In this document: one piece after another, positions 57,536 to 64,000 of the stretch
Layout of the letters: each line of letters opens with the position of its first letter
How positions within the stretch are numbered: the first letter of the stretch is position 1
NCBI GenBank assembly: GCA_026415615.1
Contig: JAOAGT010000003.1
Span: forward strand, 103,077-167,076
Source: Thermoleophilia bacterium
GTDB lineage: Bacteria; Actinomycetota; Thermoleophilia; RBG-16-64-13
Length of the DNA: 64,000 bases
Direction: 5' to 3'
Program-made: the position numbers and the translations under genes
The notes under the pieces: generated by a model
The model's input: the letters and a program-made list of their open reading frames with translations, nothing else
Databases searched by the model: none
What the model was told of the DNA's origin: nothing

Positions 57536-58325
57536 CTGGTTCCCCGCTGGCGGCTACACTGCTGGTGCGCGCTCCAAACCGGCGCTCACGTTTGGCATAG
57601 TCGGCCAAAGCTTTGTCAAACTCATCTCCGTCGAAGTCCGGCCATAGACAAGAGGCAAAATAAAGCTCAGAGTAGGCCGACTGCCACAGCAAGAAGTTAG
57701 ACAAACGCTTCTCGCCAGAGGTTCGGATGACCAGATCCGGATCGCGCATAAGCGGCGAGTAAAGGTTTCTCGCTATGTCCTCCTCTGTAATAAGGTGAGG
57801 ATCAACACCTTCCTCGGCCGCACGTCTGACAGCGTCAACAATCTCTCGCCGACCCCCATAATTGAAAGCTATGAAGAGAAACAGAGCGGAGTTGTGAGAG
57901 GTCAGATCCTCGGCCCACTTCATCTTCTGAAGCAGGCCCTCTGAAAGACCCTCTTTGCTCCCAATGAAGATGACCCGACACCCGTTTTCGTTGAGAGCAG
58001 GGGTCTCCTTTTCAATCATCTCCTCATGCAGCCGCATGAGCGCTTCGACCTCTTCCTGCGGCCGCTTCCAATTCTCAAGCGAAAAAGAGTAGAGAGTGAG
58101 CTGCTTAACTCCTCTCTCCCGAGCAACCCGCACCACCCGGCGGACAGCTTCCGCCCCCGCCCTGTGACCAGCCGCGACCGGAAGTCCCCGCCGCCGGGCC
58201 CAGCGCCCGTTGCCGTCCATGATAATGGCAACATGATGGGGCAGGGCCGCCCCAGGCTGGGAACTTCGGAGGCGCCGTCCCTTCCCGCGGCCAAAAAAGT
58301 CACGTAGCCACTTCTGGGGGCTCAC
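57528..58325 (-). CDS. uppS: Isoprenyl transferase (undecaprenyl diphosphate synthase)
   Basis: HVAIIMDGNGRWA. Confidence 0.9.
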   Translation of the reverse strand: MSPQKWLRDFFGRGKGRRLRSSQPGAALPHHVAIIMDGNGRWARRRGLPVAAGHRAGAEAVRRVVRVARERGVKQLTLYSFSLENWKRPQEEVEALMRLHEEMIEKETPALNENGCRVIFIGSKEGLSEGLLQKMKWAEDLTSHNSALFLFIAFNYGGRREIVDAVRRAAEEGVDPHLITEEDIARNLYSPLMRDPDLVIRTSGEKRLSNFLLWQSAYSELYFASCLWPDFDGDEFDKALADYAKRERRFGARTSSVAASGEPDA

Positions 58326-58326
58326 A

Positions 58327-58896
58327 TCAGATCTCGAGAATCTCCGCTTCTTTGTGCTTGAGCAGCTCGTCGATCTTCTCGATAAAGCTATCAGTGAGCT
58401 TCTGGACTTCCTCTTCAGCGCGACGTTCTTCGTCCTCTGAGATCTTGCTGTCTTTCTTTAGATTCTTTAGATGCTGAATGATGTCCCTTCTTACATTGCG
58501 GACCGCTACGCGAGTATCTTCGGCCATCCCTTTGACCAATTTCACAAGCTCTTTGCGACGCTCCGCGGTGAGGGGAGGAATATTTAGCCTGATCACAACC
58601 CCGTCGGTATTGGGCGTAAGACCGAGGTCTGACTCCTGGATAGCCCGCACAACAGCGTTTACCGCATTCTTGTCGTAAACAGTGATTGAGATTGTACGGG
58701 CGTCTGGGGTGGCTAGACTAGCCAGCTGCTTAAGAGGAGTCTTTGTGCCGTAATAGTCCACATGAATGCGGTCGAGAATTCCGGTAGACGCTCGACCAGT
58801 CCGAATAACGCTAAACTCACTGCGAAGAGTGTCTACTGCGGTTTGCATACGTCGCTTGCCGTCAGCAAGTTGCTCGTCGATCTCCTCGCGAGTCAT
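58327..58896 (-). CDS. frr: Ribosome recycling factor
   Basis: Canonical length and motifs. Confidence 0.9.
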   Translation of the reverse strand: MTREEIDEQLADGKRRMQTAVDTLRSEFSVIRTGRASTGILDRIHVDYYGTKTPLKQLASLATPDARTISITVYDKNAVNAVVRAIQESDLGLTPNTDGVVIRLNIPPLTAERRKELVKLVKGMAEDTRVAVRNVRRDIIQHLKNLKKDSKISEDEERRAEEEVQKLTDSFIEKIDELLKHKEAEILEI

Positions 58897-58918
58897 ACTT
58901 CCCCCTTCTGGTCGTAGG

Positions 58919-59659
58919 TCAACTGTTTTGCGGTGGACCAGAGGTCACAAGAGTCCCCACACGCTCGCCCCGCAGCACGCGGCGAATGTTTTCCGCCACG
59001 CTCATATTAAAGACCACGATGGGCAATCCGTTGTCCATACACAGGGACAAAGCCGTGGAGTCCATTACCCGCAGCCCTCTTTCTAGAGCCTCGCGATGGG
59101 TAATTTCGGTAATCAGCTTTGCAGAAGGATTTATTTCTGGGTCGTCATCATAGACGCCGTCGTACTTCTTTTTGGCCATGAGCAAGCACTCCGCCCCGAT
59201 CTCAAGAGCGCGAAGGGCCGCAGCGGTATCAGTACTGAAATACGGGTTCCCAGTCCCCGCAGCAAAAATCACCACTCGCCCCTTCTCTAGATGACGAATG
59301 GCTCGGCCGCGGATGTATGGCTCGCAGATTTCTTGCATATGAATCGCGGACTGCACCCGCGAGTCAACAGCAAGCTTGCGCAGAACGTCCTGCAGAGCCA
59401 TGGCATTCATAACCGTGGCCAGCATGCCCATATAATCTGCCGTGGCACGATCGATGCCCTGAGCCGCTCCTGACACTCCGCGGAAGATATTGCCGCCCCC
59501 CACCACGATGGCCACCTGCACCCCCCAGGCCACCGCGTTGCTTACCTCCGCCGCAATTGCCCTGAGACGGTCAGGGTCAATGCCGAAAGCCACCTCCCCC
59601 ATAAGGGCTTCGCCGCTTAACTTAAGAAGAACCCGCGAATAGATTGGCCCTTCCTTCAT
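58919..59659 (-). CDS. pyrH: UMP kinase
   Basis: [11 protein letters not shown]; GGGNIFRG. Confidence 0.9.
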   Translation of the reverse strand: MKEGPIYSRVLLKLSGEALMGEVAFGIDPDRLRAIAAEVSNAVAWGVQVAIVVGGGNIFRGVSGAAQGIDRATADYMGMLATVMNAMALQDVLRKLAVDSRVQSAIHMQEICEPYIRGRAIRHLEKGRVVIFAAGTGNPYFSTDTAAALRALEIGAECLLMAKKKYDGVYDDDPEINPSAKLITEITHREALERGLRVMDSTALSLCMDNGLPIVVFNMSVAENIRRVLRGERVGTLVTSGPPQNS

Positions 59660-59745
59660 CCTGCCTCACTTCGGCTCGGACCCGTCATGAAATTTATAAC
59701 TCACGCCAAGCCTCGGCCGCGAAGAATGCGTGGCTGCAACAGCTG

Positions 59746-60348
59746 CTAGCTAACTTCTTCACCTACCCTGAAGCGGGCAAACCGCTTAATCTCGATGTTC
59801 TCGCCCACCTTGGCCACCATCTCGCGGCGCAAATCCTCGATGGTTTTCTCCGGATCTTTTACAAACTCCTGCTCGAGTAAGACTACGCTCTGGAACCACT
59901 TATTCAGCTTACCCTCGGCGATCTTCTGGACCACCTGCTCCGGCTTGCCAGACTGTCTGGCTTGGGCCATATAAACCTCAAGCTCTGAGTTTTTGACCTC
60001 TTCGGGCACATCCTCTCGCTTCACCCAACGCGGGCTCGCCGCAGCAATGTGCATGGCCAAATCATGTACAAACGCCCTGAACTCCTCGTTGCGCGCTACG
60101 AAGTCGGTTTCGCAATCCACTTCTACCAGCACGCCAATCTTGGAGCCCGGGTGAATGTAGGCGTCCACAACTCCTTCGTTCGTGGCCCGGGCCGCCTTTT
60201 TCTCTGCGGTAGCCATCCCTTTCTTGCGCAAGATCTTAAGAGCTTCGTCCATGTCGCCCTGGGCCTCTTGGAGAGCCATCTTGCAATCCATCACCCCGGC
60301 CCCGCACATTTCTCTTAGTTTCTTTACTAAAGCAGCGTCTATCTCCAT
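59746..60348 (-). CDS. tsf: Elongation factor Ts (short form)
   Basis: UBA-like N-terminus VKKLREMCGAGVMDCKMAL. Confidence 0.9.
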   Translation of the reverse strand: MEIDAALVKKLREMCGAGVMDCKMALQEAQGDMDEALKILRKKGMATAEKKAARATNEGVVDAYIHPGSKIGVLVEVDCETDFVARNEEFRAFVHDLAMHIAAASPRWVKREDVPEEVKNSELEVYMAQARQSGKPEQVVQKIAEGKLNKWFQSVVLLEQEFVKDPEKTIEDLRREMVAKVGENIEIKRFARFRVGEEVS

Positions 60349-60445
60349 CGCCGACCTCCATCAACACGCATTCTTCCACATCTAGATTCACAAGAAAATG
60401 GGCCGCTGCGCGGCCCGCCGGGCTCCGTACCACCCTCGCCAAGGT

Positions 60446-61480
60446 CTATCCGACAACTTCCCCCTGGTCGGATGCGCTAGCCCCATTCGGCTCCTCGGAG
60501 ACCGCCTGAGTCTGGAGTTCCTCTTCGACCCGAGTCTGCTCCCCCGTGTCTTCTCCGACACTAGCCTGACCGCGCTGCCTGGCAGCCTCTCTTGCGGAGC
60601 CGCTGCGCGGCAGCTGCCGTCCTCCGAGTGTAGTCTGCGCTCCTGCGCCCCGGCCAGCGCCGCCACCTCTCGAGCCGCGGCCGCCGCGGAACGAGCGCTC
60701 ATCGGTAGGTTCCTCACCTAGATCGTAAAACGTCCGTGTGCGCTCGCTAGAACGGACAGACGCGGCCGATTGAGCAGCCAGGAACTCTGAGACCTGCATC
60801 TTGGCCCGCCCCTCTTCTACCGCGCGTGCCAGCGTACGGATAATGAGGCCGCATGAGCGGATGGCGTCATCATTGCCGGGGATGACATAGTCCACGTCGT
60901 CGGGGTCACAGTTAGTGTCGCACAGGGCGATCAAGGGGATGCCTAGTTTGGCCACCTCTTTAGCTGCTATTGCCTCACGCTTGGGGTCAGCGATAAAAAC
61001 CGCATCGGGCAGCCGAGTCATGTTGCAAACGCCGCCCAGGTTGATCTCGAGCTTCTCAAGCTCACGCTCCATGGACATACGCTCTTTTGTAGGAAGCAGA
61101 TTGAGCTGCCCCTCCTCCTTGAGACGACGCAACTCGTGCAACCGACGGATTCTCGTCTCAATGGTTGAGAAGTTGGTAAGTAGTCCACCCAGCCACCTGT
61201 GAGAGACATACGGCATACCTACGCGCTCGGCCTCTTCTTTGATGATGTCTTGGCACTGCTTCTTAGTGCCAACGAACAAAATCACGCCCCCCCGACTAGC
61301 CACGTTGCGAACAAAGTCGTACGCTCGGTCTAGAAGTTCGCTGGTCTGCTGAAGGTCGATTATGTGGATCCCGCCCCTCTCGGTGAAGATGTAGGGCTTC
61401 ATCTTGGGATTCCAACGACGTGTTTGGTGGCCGAAGTGGACTCCTGACTCCAGGAGCTCCTTCATAGAAACAACGGGCAT
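60446..61480 (-). CDS. rpsB: 30S ribosomal protein S2 with about 90-aa Gly/Arg-rich acidic C-terminal extension
   Basis: [27 protein letters not shown]. Confidence 0.9.
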   Translation of the reverse strand: MPVVSMKELLESGVHFGHQTRRWNPKMKPYIFTERGGIHIIDLQQTSELLDRAYDFVRNVASRGGVILFVGTKKQCQDIIKEEAERVGMPYVSHRWLGGLLTNFSTIETRIRRLHELRRLKEEGQLNLLPTKERMSMERELEKLEINLGGVCNMTRLPDAVFIADPKREAIAAKEVAKLGIPLIALCDTNCDPDDVDYVIPGNDDAIRSCGLIIRTLARAVEEGRAKMQVSEFLAAQSAASVRSSERTRTFYDLGEEPTDERSFRGGRGSRGGGAGRGAGAQTTLGGRQLPRSGSAREAARQRGQASVGEDTGEQTRVEEELQTQAVSEEPNGASASDQGEVVG

Positions 61481-61651
61481 TCTTACCTCTCCTGCGGTTT
61501 TGTTTTTCTACACTACCCCTGGAGGTCGCACCAAGAACCGAGGCGCTCGGCACCGCCGATGCGATTGTCTCCAGGATCGCTTTACACAGCCGCGCCAGTC
61601 TACCACAAGAAGCCCAAACTCATCAGAGCTTGGCGCCATTCCCCGGAACAT

Positions 61652-62461
61652 CTACTCATCTAGAGCGTCAGAATCCAGAACCTCGCGAAGTCGACCGCGC
61701 AGACGCAATATAGCCTTTGTATGTAATTGGGACACCCGCGACTCGGTGACCCCTAGGATCTCTCCAATTTCTCGTAGAGTCAGACCCTCATAGTAGTAGA
61801 GGCTGATCACTACCCTTTCGCGCTCCGGCAAGCGTTCAATGGCTGCGGCTAGGGTTTCCTTCACCGCCTGGATCCGGTAGGTCTTCCATGGGTCCGGGGC
61901 CTCAGCGTCTTCTAAGGTCTCAAGCAGATTAGGCTTGTCGTTCGCGGATCCGGTCGAATCCCAGAGCTCATCAAGAGCAACCACTGAGGTCGAGCTAAGG
62001 TCGCTAAGAATGCACTCGAACTCCTCAGGAGTAACACCTAGCTCGCACGCGATTTCCTCGTCGCTAGGAGCTCTTCCAAGACGGTTCTCGAGTGCAGTGA
62101 CCGCAGCCTCTACCTTGCGTCCCCAACTTCGCACCGAGCGAGGCACCCAGTCGAGAGCGCGCAACTCGTCAATGATGGACCCCCTTATTCGGGCGATGGC
62201 GTAGGTCTCAAACTTGATGTTTCGCGACGGATCAAAACGCTCCAGTGCGCCTATAAGTCCTAAGAGCCCGTACGAGACTAAATCCTCTTCATCAACGTGC
62301 GCTGGGAGTCCGCTGCTCATCCGCCCGGCCACATACTTGACTAAGGGCGAGTAGGCGAGGATCAGTTGATCGCGCGCCCGCAGGTCGCCCTCCTGTTTGT
62401 ATAGCCGCCAGGCTTCTTGTAGGTCCATCTGCTTGGCCGAGTCGGTCCGCATCATCTGCAC
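61652..62461 (-). CDS. sigD: RNA polymerase sigma-28 factor (FliA/SigD/WhiG family)
   Basis: Region 2.x GLIGALERFDPSRNIKFETYAIARIRGSIIDELR and region 4 LPERERVVISLYYYEGLTLREIGEILGVTESRVSQLH align closely with B. subtilis SigD. The ORF-track start at 62461 is GTG; the first ATG is at 62455. Confidence 0.8.
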   Translation of the reverse strand: MQMMRTDSAKQMDLQEAWRLYKQEGDLRARDQLILAYSPLVKYVAGRMSSGLPAHVDEEDLVSYGLLGLIGALERFDPSRNIKFETYAIARIRGSIIDELRALDWVPRSVRSWGRKVEAAVTALENRLGRAPSDEEIACELGVTPEEFECILSDLSSTSVVALDELWDSTGSANDKPNLLETLEDAEAPDPWKTYRIQAVKETLAAAIERLPERERVVISLYYYEGLTLREIGEILGVTESRVSQLHTKAILRLRGRLREVLDSDALDE

Positions 62462-62509
62462 ACTTCAAGCAACTCTTTACTCATCTGCACACTTCAAGCA
62501 AGTCTTTAC
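62452..62509. repeat. 29-bp tandem direct repeat x2 (one mismatch) spanning the sigma-28 start codon and upstream region
   Basis: TCATCTGCACACTTCAAGCAACTCTTTAC at 62452-62480 and TCATCTGCACACTTCAAGCAAGTCTTTAC at 62481-62509. Each copy contains GTGCAGATGA on the coding strand. Confidence 0.6.
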
Positions 62510-62534
62510 GTTTATTTTCCCTCAGAATCAGTTT

Positions 62535-63590
62535 CTATGCCCTGGGATGCGCGCGGCGGTAGACTTTGCGCAGATGAGCAGCCGAAACATGAGCGTACAC
62601 CTGCGTTGTGCGCAGAGAGGAATGCCCGAGCAGCTCCTGAATCACCCTGAGATCAGCGCCTCCCTCGAGCAAATGGGTAGCAAAAGAGTGCCTTAAAGTA
62701 TGCGGAGATGCGCCCACCGACGCCCCGCAACGGTGCAAGTGACGTATCAGGCGCCGGTAAACATCTGAAGAAGATAGCGGCTTTCCTCTGCGGCTGAGAA
62801 AAAGATGATCCTCTTCTAGTTGCGTCACGAGCCTGGGACGACCTTGCTCCAAATACGTCCTTAGGGCGGCAAGCGCTTCGTCCCCAACGGGAACCACTCT
62901 CATCTTGCGCCCTTTCCCCGTGACGCGAATTTCTCGCGACGCAAAACTCACGTCATTTAGCCTTAGGCTCACTGCTTCCTGGCATCGCAAACCGGACGAG
63001 TATATTAGCTCAAACAGAGCACGGTCCCTGAGGTCAAGAGGTTCGGGGCCGCCGATTCCCTCAAGAAGGGCAGCCGCTTGTTCGGGAGTAAGCACGTGGG
63101 GTAACCGCTTGGGCAACTTTGGGGTTCTTACCCCTTCTGCAGGGTTGGTGTTCACCAAACCATCGTCTTCGCAAAAACGCAGGAAGCTGCGCACTACGGA
63201 CAACTTGCGCGCAATAGTGCTGCGAGCGTATGGCCGGCTCGCTTTCGCGATCGGGCCCGCTCCCGTCTTGCGGGTGACCCAAGAAGCCGACGTTGCGCCG
63301 ACTTCTGCCAAAGTTGAGACGTAATCGCCTATGTCGCCAGGGCTGACGTCCCGCAAACAGTAGAGGCCACGAGAACTTAGGAATGCGCTGAATTGATTGA
63401 GATCACTTTGGGCGGCTGCTACAGTCCGAGGACTATAGCCAGCGGCGATCAAACCGCGAAGAAACGCCGCAATTGCTACTTCGATGTGGTTGCCACCAGC
63501 CTGCTGGTCGTGAATTGGGGTTATGCTCTCTTCCTTCCGGCCGTTTCGCATTCGCGGTCCCGCCATATAACAGTTGCCTTGCCTAGTCAC
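62535..63590 (-). CDS. xerC: Tyrosine recombinase XerC/XerD family
   Basis: N-terminal SAM-like domain and catalytic R...HxxR...Y (HTLRHSFATHLLEGGADLRVIQELLGHSSLRTTQVYAHV). Confidence 0.85.
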   Translation of the reverse strand: MTRQGNCYMAGPRMRNGRKEESITPIHDQQAGGNHIEVAIAAFLRGLIAAGYSPRTVAAAQSDLNQFSAFLSSRGLYCLRDVSPGDIGDYVSTLAEVGATSASWVTRKTGAGPIAKASRPYARSTIARKLSVVRSFLRFCEDDGLVNTNPAEGVRTPKLPKRLPHVLTPEQAAALLEGIGGPEPLDLRDRALFELIYSSGLRCQEAVSLRLNDVSFASREIRVTGKGRKMRVVPVGDEALAALRTYLEQGRPRLVTQLEEDHLFLSRRGKPLSSSDVYRRLIRHLHRCGASVGASPHTLRHSFATHLLEGGADLRVIQELLGHSSLRTTQVYAHVSAAHLRKVYRRAHPRA

Positions 63591-64000
63591 TAACCTCGAA
63601 CGTATTGCCCCGGTCCAGCCCGCACCACCAGTCCCTCAATTTCCAGCCGGCCCAGTATCGCTGTAACCTCGCGGAGAGGCAACCCCGTCTCCTGCGCCAA
63701 AGCATCTGCCGAGTATTCTCCCGTAGCAAGCGCGTCTAGGATCCGGGTTTCAGCAGCACCTAGCGCATCCGAGCGGCGCAACCGTGAACCAGCGCTCACT
63801 TGCGCCCTCTCTCCGGCCCTACTCCACAACTCCAAGGGGGTAGAGCAATCAACCGGCCCCCTCCCTCCTCTTTCCATTCTTGAGGCAAGAAGAAAATCCT
63901 CCACCGCCTCTTCAGGTCGCAGTGCTACGTGAGCACCTTCGTAGAGCAGCCGGTTGCAGCCTGAATGACTGTCCCCTATTACCGAGCCTGGCACCGCCAG
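63590..64000 (-). CDS. dprA: DNA processing protein DprA (C-terminal part; gene continues beyond window end)
   Basis: End of the Rossmann domain (GCNRLLYEGAHVALRPEEAVEDFL) and a DprA-type winged-helix tail (ILDALATGEYSADALAQETGLPLREVTAILGRLEIEGLV). Confidence 0.6.
   Translation of the reverse strand: MAVPGSVIGDSHSGCNRLLYEGAHVALRPEEAVEDFLLASRMERGGRGPVDCSTPLELWSRAGERAQVSAGSRLRRSDALGAAETRILDALATGEYSADALAQETGLPLREVTAILGRLEIEGLVVRAGPGQYVRG

Overview
GC-rich (~60%) chromosomal segment with dense coding, almost all on the minus strand; it reads as bacterial core genome. Conserved housekeeping blocks: rpsB-tsf-pyrH-frr-uppS-cdsA-dxr-rseP-ispG-proS; nusA-ylxR-infB-DUF503-rbfA-nrnA-truB-ribF-(deacetylase)-rpsO-pnp-M16 peptidase-dapB-rnj-ftsK; rodZ-like-rimO-pgsA-thpR-recA-recX-rny-miaB-miaA-dapF-dapL-dut. 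The window ends with dprA(partial)-xerC-sigD/fliA-like sigma factor, and starts with a paaK(partial)-livFGMHK-ACT operon. This gene order (YlxR, DUF503/YlxP, RNase Y after recA, RNase J next to FtsK/SpoIIIE, sigma-28 immediately upstream of rpsB) resembles Firmicutes/Clostridia-type organisation, but that is inference, not a database result. The accessory part is 6.3-20.4 kb. It holds membrane-anchored polysaccharide deacetylases and a DUF4015-like putative glycoside hydrolase, a small Zn-ribbon ORF, a 20-nt x4 tandem repeat, and lipB with a tRNA-Arg(CCG) lacking encoded CCA next to rnz. Most notably, about 10 kb between rnz and dut is a divergent cluster of eleven genes. Eight of them encode class-III-signal (GFTLIELL-type) prepilins: two paralogous major-pilin-like genes flanking a TPR lipoprotein, three pseudopilin/minor pilins and two unknowns on the minus strand, and on the plus strand a PilV-like 523-aa protein carrying an FN3 domain, a Thr-rich linker and a beta-sandwich tail, then a PilW-like and a PilX_N-domain protein. 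No assembly ATPase, platform or prepilin-peptidase gene is in the window. Both divergent promoter regions contain matches to the sigma-D/FliA consensus (TAAA-N15-GCCGATAT), and the sigma-28 gene in this window has no adjacent flagellar or chemotaxis genes (it sits directly between xerC and rpsB). This suggests a sigma-28-controlled type IV pilus/adhesin module.
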